Assembly: GCF_016433145.1 (NCBI RefSeq)
Contig: NC_058135.1
Location: 240,210,021 to 240,274,020, forward strand
DNA length: 64,000 nt
Direction of reading: 5' to 3'
Source of the DNA: Gracilinanus agilis
Lineage: Eukaryota
In this document: in pieces, positions 11,346 to 24,840 of the stretch
Layout of the letters: each line of letters starts with the position of its first letter
How positions within the stretch are numbered: the stretch's first letter is position 1
The notes under the pieces: model-generated
What the model was told of the DNA's origin: nothing
The model's input: only the letters and a program-made list of their open reading frames with translations
Database searches by the model: none
Program-made: the position numbers and the translations under genes

Positions 11346-12549
11346 AGTAAGCACAATGCATATAATAGGTATTTAAGAAATGTTGGAAGGAAGGAAGGAA
11401 AGAAGGAAAGAAAGAAAGAGGAAAGGAGGGAATCTGGGCGTCAGCATCATACATCATCTGGTAGAAGACTGATTCTATCCTGTAAGTAAAGGAAACCCTA
11501 GGCAAGTGTTAGGATATGGGACAGATTAATCTTCCCCTTGGGTGAGAAAAAAGCCAAAAGGAAAATAGGGGAGGTTGGGTCAGTTATTGAATTACTTGGA
11601 GCAGGGCAAAGCAGCTCATCCTTCTTGTGTCATGTTACTTTCCTTGGAACCCATGCAAGGTGAGTGTGGGAATGTGGGTAGCACTGGGGAGAGACTGCCA
11701 AGCACATAGTGCTCAGAGACAGATTAGCTTGGAATGGGTTCCATCTTTCAGGGAAGAAACATTATAGAAGAGAAAGTTAAGAGGGAGTAGGAGGATGAGA
11801 GGGGAGAATGAAGTGGAAAACACAGGCCAATGCTGGGTATCTGAATGAGTGTGGATTAGAGGCCAAAGGATAATGAAAGGAGAGTGATTCTATCCATCCT
11901 TGATAGCACACTAAGGGCCCTCAGTGCAGGAGAGGAAGTAATACAGGGAAGAGAAATTACCTCTTGAAATCATGACAAACATCCTTTATAGCAATATCTA
12001 TTTCAACCCCATCCACCAACTACTAAATCCCATTGCCTTCAGCAACTGGACTTATTACAACAGTGGACATTTGCTTAGGGTGCTGTAAGTTTTGCAAAGC
12101 ACCTTTACATGAATTATCTAATTTCATCTTCACAGAAGCCCTATAAAGCAGATGCTATTCGCATTCCCATTTTATAGGTATAGAACCCAAAACTTAAAGA
12201 AATTAAGAGATTTGTCCAGGTGGGGTAATTATCTCAGGCAATATTTGAGCCCATGTCCTCCCAACTCTGGCCTGCTTTCTTAGAGGATCCAGGATAAAAG
12301 GACCATCTGGGAGCTTCTAATCCCTGGACATCTCACCCTAGGGATGAGGCAAGGAGTTATACCAAACCCTAGATACTGGAGAATTACAAGCAGGGTGGGC
12401 TAGCACTAAATGAGATATTCCTTTCCCTTATTCAACCCCATGCTAGCCATTCAGACAGGCTCAAGAATACTCTCCTGTGTCTCCTAGTCAAATTCACATT
12501 AGCACTTAAATATCAAAGAGGATCTGTCAGAGCATACCTTCTAGGCCAG

Positions 12550-13070
12550 AAGGAAGATGACTTCCTGAAGCACTGTTCTGATTCCATCATTCCTCTGCTC
12601 AATATGCTCCAATAGCTCCTTCTGGTTAACTGAATAATATCCTGAGTCCTTACTTAGCCTGGCATTCAATGGCCTCCACCATCTGGCACTATTTTGCCCT
12701 TCCAGTGTTAGCGAGCATCACTGCCCTCTGTTTGCTCAATGGTCCAGCCAAACTACACCCTGAGGTAGCCTTGAACTTTCCCATCCCCAGGAGTCTACTC
12801 ACCGGCTCTTTCTTCCTCTTCAACACCTTCACCTGTTGAAATCATTCAAGGCCCAGCAAAAATGCCACTTCCTTCATCACTCAATTCTGCAAGCTTTCAC
12901 ATTGCCTTCACACTTAACTTTACACTTATCTCATCCTCTTCTGCATTAGAGTTATTTGTATTTTTTAGTGGTTCCTCTTACTAGACTTGCTTCATTGATT
13001 TTTGAGTCCTCAGCAGGTTGCAGGGTTCTCTGTACCCAGGGAGAGCTTAGTGAAGGTATACTGAATTGAT
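12550..13070 (+). mobile_element. L2 3' region
   Basis: 'ttctgattccatcattcctctgctcaatatgctccaatagctcc...ttagcctggcattcaatggcctccaccatctgg' is an L2 pattern. Confidence 0.7.
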
Positions 13071-13114
13071 CTGTGGATATGGATGCCCCTGATGAATGAA
13101 TATATTCTGGGTGA

Positions 13115-13365
13115 ATAGGTAGCACCATAGTGCACAGAATCCTGGGCCTGAAGTCAGGAAGACTTCATCTCCCTGAGTTCAAATCCAGCTTCTCACACTT
13201 ATTATCTGTGTCTCTGAACAAGTCACTTAACTTATAAATAAAAAAATGAGCTGGAGAAGGAAATGGCTAATCACTCTAGTATCTTTGCCAAAAACCAAAC
13301 CAAAACAAAAAACCCAAATTGGATCACAAAGGATCAGACATAACCAAAATGTCCAAACAACAAAA
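13115..13365 (+). mobile_element. MAR1-type SINE
   Basis: tRNA-like head and core, followed by the MAR1 tail 'gagctggagaaggaaatggctaatcactctagtatctttgccaa'. Confidence 0.75.
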
Positions 13366-14071
13366 ATACCTGCTATCTTAGCTGGGGAAACACAATACAC
13401 TCATGACAGAATAACCCTAAGTAACACACCCTTAGCTCTAAAGGCCAAGAATCTGGCATTCAAATCCCATCTGAAATACCTACCTGTACAACCTTGGACA
13501 AGTCATTTAATCTCCCTGGGTCTCAGTATCTCCATTTATGAAATGAAGGAATTAGACTTGAGGGTCTCTATGGTCCCTTCCAAGTTTCTGGTCTTATGAA
13601 CTCCCAAACTCCTGTTTTCACAAGGACAAGGCAACAGAGCTGAATGTGAAAGTACTGGGGGAAGCAGAATCAAGAAGCAATTAGAGGGACAGAGTGAGGC
13701 TTCCATCTTGATGGAAAAATCTCAGGGTATCCCAGGCAACAGGCGCTGTAGTCTATCTGGCTGGATTTCACCTTTGAAAAACTCTTCCAGTACTCACTAT
13801 CTTTTGATGAGAAGCGTTCTCGTGGGTCTGACCTAGTTATGCCCCCTCCCATCCCATCCTCCCCACCCACTTCCTCAGGAAACATATACATTTTCAGACC
13901 TAATTAATTGAGAGGGAAATGGAAACTGTTATCAAAGACAGTGTGATGGCAGCTGTATGAGAGATACTTAGTTTAGTGTCATCTGAGGAGAATCCCCAGA
14001 TCCCAACTCTCATCTATGAGTAGATGGCCCAGAATATCCAAAAAAAGGAGGCAGCATGGAAGTGGGCAGCT

Positions 14072-14072
<1 letters not shown>

Positions 14073-14125
<53 letters not shown>
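14073..14125 (+). repeat. (TG)n microsatellite
   Basis: Pure TG run. Confidence 0.97.
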
Positions 14126-14126
<1 letters not shown>

Positions 14127-14322
14127 ATGAACAGAATGTTGTACTTCAAAGATAAGAAGACCTGATTAAAACCTATCTCAGACATTGTGATGTGATAACT
14201 ATGGGCATGTTGTTTAATGACCCTAAGCATGTTTCCTCATCTTGAAATGGGAATAATAATATAAGAACTACCTCAAGAATAGTTCTGTAAACTTTATATC
14301 TCTATATGAAGGTCAGATTTCA

Positions 14323-14520
14323 TTTTTTAACCCTTACCTTCCATCTTAGAATCAACATTGGGTATTGGTTCCGAGGCAGAAGAGCATGAAGGGTCAGGCA
14401 ATGAGGGTTAATTGACTTGTCCAAGGTCACACAGCTAGAAAGTGTCTGAGCCTATATTGGAAACTAAAACCATCCATCTCTAGGCCTGGCTCTCTATCCA
14501 CTGAGCCATCTAGCTGCCCC
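14323..14520 (-). mobile_element. SINE1_Mdo-like SINE
   Basis: 'ttttttaacccttaccttccatcttagaatcaacattggg...gagccatctagctgcccc', near full length. Confidence 0.85.
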
Positions 14521-15089
14521 TCAATTATTATTAATGAGAGTTTTACCAATTAGCTTCATTTCTATAATCACTGTTCTCAGACCCCACAAAGACCAACTTC
14601 TCCAACCTCTCCTTTTGGTCAAATTGAGGCAATGTATCTCCATCCTGGAAGAGAACAGTGATTAATATAGAGTATCCCAAAAGTCTAAACCAAGACTTTT
14701 TGGTTATGCCTTAGTTTGAACACAAGGATCCTGTAGGGATTAATGGTGAGGCCTCCTTTTCCCACGGTTTCCCAAAGAGGACATATTATTTGATTTATTG
14801 AATACATGATTCCAGTGAATATATCCTAACTTTCCATAAGAAAATCAAGGCAGTGAATTTTCCTGAAAGGAGAAGTGAGCTGGGAACAGGCTGGGAACTC
14901 TGATATCTATAGTTCCAAGTGACTCCATTGGGCAACTGAGTTTGACCTGTTTGGAGTCCACTTTGGGGACTTAAGAGGAAGTTCTTGATTCTTCCCCTCT
15001 ACCCAACTTTCACCCCATTCCCACTTTTTTATTTGGCCTTTCCATTCATTTCCAAAATACAAAGCACAAGAGATGGAATATAGTAGAGT

Positions 15090-17870
15090 CATCAAATCTC
15101 AGAATCCTAAGGGCCCTCAGTGGCCATCTAGTCCGATTCATATCAGAAAAAAAATCCCACCCTGACATAGCCAACAAGTTGAATGAGTTTCTGTAGATAT
15201 CCAACAAAGAGAAGTCAATCCTTTCCCACCCAATACATTCTTTTGGGGATATTGTTAGAAAAATTTTCCTGACACAAGTCTAAATTTGTCTCTTGGAAAT
15301 TTCCATCCATTGCCCTTGGTTCTTTACTTAGGGCCCAAATAGCACAAATATGGTTTCTTTTCCAAATGAACAGCTTTCCAAACCTTGGAGAAACAAACTC
15401 CACCTTTCAAGTCTCCCCTTCTCTAGGCTAAAAAATCCCACTTCCTTCAAATGATTCAAAGGCAAAATGAATTCCGCATCCTGGTTGCTCTTCTTAAGAC
15501 ACTTTCTAACTTATCAGTGTCCTTCTTGAATCATGGCATCTTGAATCAACTCAGTACTCATAATACTACATAGATGTGAAAAATATTGTAAGGCTAAAAT
15601 AAAGCATATGTTTTAGTTGGCAAATTTAAGGCATGCATAGAAATGTCATTTATTAGATTCTTTATCTAGCAAGTTCTTTGAGGGAAAGGACTAATTTAGT
15701 TTTGAAAATACAGATAGATCTATACCTATGCCTATACCTATATATCAATGCCACCAAAGATCACATTAGCTTTTCTAGTTGCCTTATTACACTATTCACT
15801 CACATTGAGCTTACAGTCCATTAAAATCTCTAGAGTGTTTATAAAATAACTTGTGCTTGTGAGGTTGATTTTTTGAACCCAAGTGTGGGATTTTTCAATT
15901 TTCACTACTATTTAATTTCATTCAACTCAGGTTGGTATTTTAACCTATCAAGATTTTCTGAGGCCTTAAGACTGCCATTCTAGAAGTTATCAATCTTTTC
16001 GAGGTATGTATCACTTGCGAATTAAATAAGCATGCTGTATAAGCCTTTAACCAAGTTAGTGATTTTTTTAAAGCCATTGAATTAGCACAAAGTCAAGCAT
16101 TGATCTTTGGGGCCCTTTGCTGTCCTCTTTATTCTAAGCTGACATTATCAATGATTATTTGTTTGAGTCCAAGAATTCAACCATTTTGGAATCCATTGTC
16201 TGAAAGTGCTATAGTTAAAACCCCTATACTTCTAAACTTTTCACAGAATCTCAGAATGCCATAATTTGAGAAAGGAAGGGAATCTCAGTGACTACAGAGT
16301 CTAAATCATATAAGAAAGGAAATCTTACTAATACAGACCCATATAAATAAGACCCATATAAATAGTCATCCAGGTTCTACTTGAAGAACTCCAAGGAGGG
16401 GGAATCTACCCGCTCCGGAGGCAGCCCATTCCACTTTTCAGCAGCTCTAATTGTTAGCAAGTGTTTCCTGATATCAAGCTGAAATGGACCTGTTTGCAAG
16501 CCTCAATCACTCCTCCTTGTTCTGTCCTCCAAAGTAAAAGATTTTATTTAGTCATTCCAGTCATGTCCAACTCTTCATAATCCCATTTGGGGTTTTCTTG
16601 GCAAAGATACTGGAGTGTTTTGCCAGTCCCAACTCTAGCTCATTTTACAAATGAGGAAACTAAGGAAAATAGGATTAAATGACTTGCCTGGATCACACAA
16701 TCAGTAAATATCAGAGACCAGATTTGAACTTGCTTCCCTGATTTCAAGTCCAGTGCTCTAATCACTTACCACCCCTCTGGTGTCAAAGAGAACATATCTA
16801 ATCTCTCCTCCAGATTCTGTTCAAATACTTAACTAAAGCTATTGTGTCCCTTATGAGTCTTTCCAGGCTAACTATGCCCAGTTCTTTCACCCAGTTCTCA
16901 CATTTCCCAAACTCAAGAACATTTACCATTTCACCATACTAACAATACCTCTGGATACTTTACATCTTATCAATGTCTTTCTTAAAATGTACTGTCCAGA
17001 AATGAATGTAATATTCCAGAGCAGGTCCCACAAGAGCGGAGTATAGTAGGAATCTCACCTCCATTTTCCTGGAAGCAATGCCTCTCCTTATGTAGTCCAA
17101 GATGACAATAGGTTTTGGGCTACATCACACTACTGAGCTATGTTGAACTCCCAGATCTTTTTCAGAATAACTGCCATGCCTGTATCATATACCTGTGAAG
17201 TTAATTTCTTTTCCTTGGTGTAAAACTTGACATTTATTCCAACATTTTACATTAATTTCATATTTTTAGACTCAGTCTAATTCCAGCTTGTCAAGATCCT
17301 TTAGAATCCTCCCTCTTTTATCCAATACATGTCAGCTATTTCTCCAAGCTTCCTTTCACCTGCGAACTTGATGAAGATAGTATCTATGCCTTTGTCTGAG
17401 TCACTTAAAAAATATTAAGCAGCCTGGGGTAAGCACAGACCTCTGGGATACTCCACTGGAGACCCCTTTTCACACTGCCACCAAAACACTAAAAACTACC
17501 CTTAGAATCTAGCCAGCCAATCAGTTTCAAATCTATCTAATAATATTCCATCCTAGGTAAAATAGTCACCAAATTCCCCTCTCCTATTAGTTTAGTTATC
17601 CTGTCAAAAAAGGAAATTAGGTTAGTCTGTTGTGACCTATTCTTGACGATGCTAGGATGGTTCTTTGTAACCACATTGCCCCGTCCAGATGTTCATCATC
17701 TATCTCTTTTGAATTTCCCAAGGAATCACTGTCAAGCCTACTTGGCTACATTTTGCAGACTCTATTCTCTTCCTTTTAAAAAAATGGAACGACATTTGCC
17801 CTTCTCCATTTTTGTGGCATCTCTCTTGTTTTTCATGTTCTTTCAAATATCACTTGGTGAACTCTCATGT
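15090..17870 (-). mobile_element. Stacked CR1/L3 ORF2 (RT) and 3' end relics, interrupted by a MAR1 at about 16545-16770
   Basis: Reverse CR1 3'-end motifs ('ggcagcccattccacttttcagcagctctaattgttag') and reverse RT motifs ('ttagtctgttgtgacctattcttgac'). Confidence 0.75.
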
Positions 17871-18296
17871 TGCTTTCAACTTTAACATTATATTAATCAC
17901 TTATGTCCCCAAGGCAATCAGAATGAAACACTGGCGACTTTGTTGGAAAAGGAATTTTTCTATTTCTCCTTAGACAAATATGCTGGTAACTCCTTTGGGT
18001 AGAACATGATTTGATTTATTTTTGTTTGTTCTTTTTCTTTGAGGAAATCAGGGCTCTGCTACAAGATGCTCAGAGGCTAAGGCTTAATTTGACCCCGGTG
18101 CCCCAGAGCAACTGATAGGGGATGGATACACGGTAGACACAATATATATTACAAGTAAAGACAGTCAGAAAGGGCCTAGACCAACAGAGAAAGTTATATT
18201 AACTAGCATCTGCCTTTATTGATGAGATCTGGTCACATATAGGAGAGTGTGGGACCAAGCCCATGAAGATCATGGGTCATTGTCAAGACAGTTTTA

Positions 18297-18715
18297 TTGT
18301 TGTCATTTTTCTGTCATGTCCAACTCTTGTGTCTCCATTTGGGTTTTCTTGGCAGAGATACTAAGGTGATTTGCCATTTCTTTCTCTAGATCAGTGATTC
18401 CCAAAGTGGGTGCTACCACCCCCTGGTGGGTGCTGCTGCTATCCAGAGAGGGCAGTGATGGCCACAGGTGCATTTATCTTTCCAATTAATTGCTATTAAA
18501 ATTAAAAAAAATTAATTTCCAGGGGGCTAAGTAATATTTTTTCTGGAAAGGGCCAAAAAAGTTTGGGAACATCATCTAACAGATGAGGGAACTGAGGCAA
18601 ACAGGGTTAAGTGATTTGCTAGTAAGTAGCTGAGGCTATATTTGAATTCATGAAGTTGAGTCTTCCTGACTCCAGGCCCAGCACTCTATCCACTGCACCA
18701 CCTACCTGTCCTTTG
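18297..18715 (-). mobile_element. MAR1-type SINE interrupted by a hAT MITE
   Basis: 'catgtccaactcttgtgtctccatttgggttttcttggcagagatac' resumes after the MITE at 'cagatgagggaactgaggcaaacagggttaagtg'. Confidence 0.8.
18392..18574. mobile_element. hAT/Charlie MITE, family C, copy 1
   Basis: Starts CAGTGATTCCCAAAGT after CTCTAGAT. Homologous to 59030-59221. The right TIR and TSD are degraded. Confidence 0.88.
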
Positions 18716-20279
18716 CCAGCACAATCAGGGTTCCAAAATAGATAACTAAGTCAACTTGGAAAAATCAGAAATCAAAGAGAATCCATGTTAGAATCATGGT
18801 GAAGCTAGAGAATGCCATTGGGTCCCCACTGAGAAAAATTTATTGACAGGGTTAGGAAATTTTTCTAACTTCTCTGCATAGGCCACAGAGACAATGTTGT
18901 ATCTTGAGAAAATCATTAGATTTGGATGAGTAGACCTGGGTTCATATCTAAGAGTTACAACCCTCATGGCATCTAGTAAATCATTCAAGATAACTGGAAC
19001 TCAGTTTTCTTTATGTGTAAAATCAAGGATTAGACCACATAGTCCCTTTGGCCCCTCTAGCTCTAAATTTTTATGATCTTACTTAAAAGGTAAGCCTGAA
19101 TCCCAACAATTAATTGCTTATTAAACTTATCAATGAATTTATTAAATACCTATTATGTGTCAGGCTCTTTGCAAAGCACTGGGCATTCAAAATAAAAAAA
19201 ATGAAGTAGTCTATACCCCCAAGAAGCGTACAATCTATTGGAGAGTTAGAGGGGGAGAACTAGTTGTTCTTATTAACTTCTTTTGCCACATTCCTACCAC
19301 CACACCTTTGTGAAGTCAGTTCATTACCCAGTACTACAGTTTCTAGAAACTTCAGCCTCCGAGTCCTGCCACCATTAGAAATCATGTGCCTCACAAGCTA
19401 ATACCATCTGGCTTCTTCAAGCCCAATGGAATTCTTCATTCTGAAATCCACTGCCATCTTAACCTTCCTGAAAAAATTTCCCAGTATGCAGGCACATTCA
19501 CTCAGTGATAGACACATGTAACATTTACAGACAGCAAGAGTAGAATACTCATTCCAACTGAGGCAAGGAACATTCACTGTTGGCACCTAGAGAGATCTTT
19601 TGATACTCTCTCCCACACCACCTCCTCTCTGTGACAGCTATTTATATCTCTGATTTGTGCCAATAACATGGAGTGTATTCTGGTTTTTTCCAGCACTTTA
19701 AATAAGTAAGTTATGGATGAAAGGCGGCAGGGGAGGGGAAGAGAAATGCTATCTGATCACCTACTTATTATGGCATCTTTCTGTGTCTCAGATGTTTTCT
19801 CCCTGCACCATTTATGAAAGACTTCTCCTCTTTCTGCCTCATTATTCCCTGCCATCTTTTGTATTCCTAAACAAAGATAATGCAGCAACCTAGTAAAAGC
19901 TTGCTTACAACCAAAAAGCATTCTATTGAACTGAACTGACAGATGCATGGCAGTAGAAAATGAGAGGATCACTGGGGGACAAGAGCAGCAGACAGCCTTG
20001 GGCTTAGAAGCAGTTTTCTATGAGCCAAGTCCAGTGAAGATACATGAAATCCAACAATCTGATTTGGAAGGGTCATCAGGAGTCACTTGGTTCAACCCTT
20101 GCCCAATACAAAAAATTCTCATGATTCCTACCAATCTTCACAGGAATTTCAAGAATGCACTCATTTCTCATTTTGTCTTTTACATTGGCTTCCACACAGA
20201 ATCTCAGAGATAGTCAGGACCTAAGACAGCATCAAGTCCAACATATAATCAAATAGGAATTCCCATTATAAAATCCTCA

Positions 20280-20770
20280 CTACATAATTCCATGTGAACT
20301 GGAATGACCTTCAGGAATTGATGCAGAGTGAAAGGAGCAGAACCAGGAGAACATTATATATAGAGACAGATACACTGTGGTTAAAAATCATATGTAATGG
20401 ACTTCTCTACTAGCAACAATGCAATGATCCAGGACAACTATGAGGGACCTATGAGAAAGAATGTTATTCACATTCAGAGGAAGAACTGTGGGAATAGAAA
20501 CACAGAAGAAAAACAACTGCATGATCACATGGGAGGATGGGGATATAATTAGGGATATTGACTCAAAATGAGCACCCTGGTACAAATATCAATAATATGG
20601 AAATAAGTCTTGATCAATGACACATGTAAAACCCAGGAGAATTGTGTGCTGGCTATGGGAAGGGGTGGGAGAAGGGGAGGGATAGAACATGAATCCTATA
20701 ACCATGGAAAAATGTTCCAAATCAGCTAATAAAATAAAGACCTTAAAATTAAAAAAATAAATAAATAAGT
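20280..20770 (+). mobile_element. L1 3' end
   Basis: Highly similar to 9620-10050 ('ttccatgtgaactggaatgaccttcaggaattgatgcagagtgaaaggagcag'). G-rich UTR and A-tail. Confidence 0.88.
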
Positions 20771-21080
20771 TGTGCTGCTTTATGGGAAAAATATCCTCAC
20801 TACATGATCATACAATGGCCACACATTCTGTCTTCCTTGTCCCAGATTTCCACTGAGGGGGAACATATTACCTTGTAAGACAGTCTAATCAACTTGAGAG
20901 TAGCTCTCATTGGGAGAAGATTGCCTTGTTGTCTGTCCTGACTTGTCTTCTTTGCTTCTTCTTGGTATCCTTTGCTATGGTGGCATCATCTATAATGTTG
21001 GCATTTGACTATACTTACTGATTCCTAACCCCAACCTCTGACCTTATAAAATATAAATCACATACCTGCAGAATATCAGG

Positions 21081-21798
21081 TGTGAGGAAACTGAGGGGAG
21101 TAAAACAGCAAGTGATTAATTGTGGGAACTGAGTGAACCACACTGACTCCATCTTGTCATTCAGTTATAGAGCTAGCTTAATTCCTTTTCTATTTAATTA
21201 AGCACCTAGTCTAAATTCTGTCTTCTAAGAAAAGTGTATTCAATTGTGGGAATTGGGAGAAAGTCTTATTGCATTGTTTGAACCTAGCCCTTCATGGTTG
21301 CCAAACTAGACTACCTGTACCCGCTGCTTAAAGACCTTTAACCAAGGACCTAGGTTATGTTGACCAGAAATCCAATCAGATCCTAAGATTGATTCAAGAA
21401 ATTTCCTCATGATTGTACATCTCAAGGAACTCATATGTCTTATCTGAAACTGGTCAAATACTAATTAATTGGTTATTATTTTCATATTCTTTTGATTGGA
21501 TACGGACACTAGGAAGAAGTGGGACATCTCCTTCCCAAATTCAGGGAACTGCATCTGTTTACTCTCTCCCTCCCAACTTGGAAAGCTCCTAATCCTTCCT
21601 CCAATTAAAAATCACATTTCCACATGTTGTATAGTTTCTTTTTAATTAATTGGCCTTCTTTGATGAATTGTTTTTAATACATAAAAGTCTGAGTCCCCCT
21701 GTATTTAGAGTCCAGTCCTAAACTGAGGAAGAGGTTTGGTTCTGATTTATTAATCAAACCTTTGTCTTCTAAATCATTTCATCTTTGCTGGTTATACA
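21081..21798 (+). mobile_element. Probable solo LTR (about 720 bp)
   Basis: TGT...ACA ends, CCAAT-like boxes ('ccaatcag', 'gattgg') and 'cataaaag'. It interrupts surrounding CR1 relics. The TSD is not cleanly resolved. Confidence 0.5.
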
Positions 21799-21829
21799 GG
21801 TTTTAAAAAGACTTCAAAAACCATCTTGT

Positions 21830-23040
21830 CCTCTAGAATATGAATACCCCCTCCTACAACAGTCCTAACAAATGGTCATATATAGCCTTTGCCTAAGCCC
21901 TTTGGGATAACTCTATTAGGAAATTTTCCATACCTCAATCTGAAATTTGCCCTTCCACAATTTTTATATTGTTTTTCTTTGTTCTGCTCTCTGAGTCCAA
22001 ATCCCAGGAATAAATCTAATTCTTCCCACCTGGCATCCCTTCGAATCCATGAATACAGCTATTCTCGCCCTTCTTCAAGTCTTCTCTCCAGGCTTAACAT
22101 CCACAGTTCCTTAAACCCATTCTCATACAAACATGATCATAAAACCTTTCTCCACCCTGACTGCCCCCTTTTGGGATGTCCTCAGTTTATCAATGCCCTT
22201 CCTAAGTGTGTTATAATACACCAGGTATAATCTAACCAAAGCAGAATATAGTAGAACCATTTCCTTACTTTGGGACATTGAGATTATCTTAATGAAATTT
22301 AAGATTGCAATAGCTTTTTTAGCTATTATATCATAGTTGACTCAAAGTCCAAGAAAGCTCAAATCACTGTCAGAGAAAATGCTCTGTAACTGCATCTCCA
22401 TCACTTTTCTCTTCTGAAGATGATTTTTAAAACTGAAGTGTAAGACTTCGTATTCAACCCTATTAAATCATTTTTCATTAGATTCAATGCATTATTCTAA
22501 CCTAGTAACATTATTTTGTATTCTGATATAGTTGCAAATATATCAACTATCTTTTTGTCAGCTTTGAGTCATCTGAAAATTTGATAATTATGCTAGTCAT
22601 GCCTTCATATGGTCAAATGATAAAAATGTTGAATAGTCAGTCACAGATCCCTGTAGCACTCACTCCTCAGAAGATCTTTCAACTTGATGTCAAACCATTT
22701 ATGACTATTCTTTTTTGTTTTAGCTCCTTAACAAGTTCCAAATTCACCTGGCTATACTACTGTCCAGTCCCCACTTCTCCATTTTGCCCATGAGAGTAGC
22801 ATGAAAGGCTGCAAGTAAGTAATTGAAAAAATCTAGATAAATTGTTTATGTCTTATTTTCATAGTCTACTATCCTGGGAACTATCAGACATAGTCTAGCA
22901 TGATGTATTCTTACTGAAGCCATGCTGACTCTTTGTGATTGCTGTTACTCTTTCTGGGTGTTTACTTACCATCCCTTTAATAATACATTCCAGAATTTTG
23001 CCAAGAATCTTAGAACATCTTCTACTCCCATATTCCCTAT
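21830..23040 (-). mobile_element. CR1/L3 ORF2 3' relic
   Basis: Reverse CR1 motifs 'cttcaagtcttctctccaggcttaacatccacagttcc' and 'tagtctagcatgatgtattcttactgaagccatgctgactc'. Confidence 0.72.
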
Positions 23041-24586
23041 AACCAGTCAGTCTCTTCTAACATGGAGAAGTATTTTTTAATGAGTTTGCCAATCTCACCT
23101 ACATATACAGAGGGTTGGAATTACCCCCACTACTCAAACCACTTCCCAACTGGCCATACCAACAACATATGGTAGTTTCCCACTGAGGCAGTACTCGGTC
23201 AGTCTCTTTCCACCAGTATCTATGGTATTTTCAGGCCTTTTCACAACCCATAACTGTGCTCAGACCATCATTAAGCCCAGTCTCCTGAATTATAAGCCAA
23301 CATCACATTTATAGAGCAAACAGCCAAAATGTTCTCAGGTGCCCCATGAGGCATACATCTGCCTGAACACATGGCATGTAAAATCACCAGCTCCAGCCCT
23401 GTTCTGCTTGTCTTGGCAATTTTTACATTTTCCTGACTCCATTTTCTTTCTACTGGCATTTTTTCACTTTTTAATTAGCAGACAAATGGTGACAAGAAGA
23501 TCATTTGGAGTCTCTTGATGTATCCAAAATGCTGTGTTTACAAATGTAACTGTAGACAGAAATTACTCCTGCCACCCACCTTTAAAATAAGTGGGTGTCC
23601 TTTCTGTGTGAAATTCATTCACCTTAACTCCTTTCCTCCTATCTTCTCTAAAAACAGTGTCATGCTGGGGGGCTGGGGAAAGAGTTTTGCCAGATCAAAC
23701 CAACATGGTTAGAAATGGACAGGAGAAGACCATAAAAAAGAAGAGGGAGGGTTTTTCTTTCTTCTCTTTCCTCACTCCAAAAGAATTGATAAAATGGCCC
23801 TTTGGTCCAGCCAGTGATGGAGAGCTCCTGTAATTACATCATGCCTCCTTCTGGAGTTGGCAACTTGATGAAAATGACCAGGTCTGTCAGCACCTCTGAT
23901 GCTTTGAAGTGGAAATGGAGACAAGCAAAGAGTTATTTTGTCCCTAGCTTATAAGTTAAGTAACTCACAGCTGTAGCCCCACTGCAAAAGAGGAAACCTT
24001 CATTTTTGCTAATTTGAATAAGGGAATTTGCTAATTAGAATAAGGGAAATCATGTTCAGGAATAAATAGGACGGTCCCCCACACAGGGTATTCTTCTACC
24101 ACTCCATATAGATTACTACATTGAAAGAAAAAGAAAACATGGCTCTAAGGATCATAAATCTTAGAGCTAGGAAGGACATTAGAGATTACTTAGCCTGACC
24201 CCTTATCCAATGGAAGAATCCTTTCTATAACATCCCCCAAAAGTGATTTCCTCTATTTATACACCTCCAGTGACAGAAAACTCATTACTTCATGAGGAAG
24301 CTATTCATTTTCATACAATCTTGATTACTACAAAGTACCTACATCCATCTCCCTTTAAATTTACCAACTGCTCCTGGTTCTATCCTCTGGAGCCTGACTG
24401 GATTCATATTCTGCCTTTACCATTTATCAGATATATTACTCTAGGTAGCCTTTATGAGCCTCAGTTTCTTAATCTATAAAATGGTGCTAAGATCCTCCCA
24501 GAGTTGTTGCCAGGCTCTACTGAGACAAATTATATAAAGTACTTTTCAGACCTTAAGACACTATTTTAATTTATTATTACTTCTGA

Positions 24587-24840
24587 TGGGGCAGCTAAGT
24601 GGCTCAGTGGAAAAAGCACTGAGTCTGGAGTCAGGAAAGACCTGAGTTGAAAACTAGCCTCAGACACTATGTCACCCTGGGTAAGTCACTTAACCTCAGC
24701 TTGCCTTAATCCACTGGAGAAAGAAATGGCAAACCACTACTGAATATTTGCTAAGAAAACCCCATGATCAATATTGGTGTGCTGTAGCCCATGGGGGTCA
24801 CAAAATATTGGTGTCAACTGAATAATTGAACAACAACAAA
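24587..24840 (+). mobile_element. MAR1-type SINE
   Basis: 'ggggcagctaagtggctcagtgg...ctggagaaagaaatggcaaaccactac...aaaaccccatg'. Confidence 0.82.

Noticed and set aside
13727-13740. X-box-like GTATCCCAGGCAAC
   Set aside because: One-mismatch hits to the degenerate GTNRCC-N0-3-RGYAAC consensus are expected many times by chance in 64 kb.
16335-16364. Short tandem duplications (15-bp here, 11-bp at about 39900, about 46-bp at 41965-42050)
   Set aside because: Ordinary slippage events inside decayed repeats or purine tracts.
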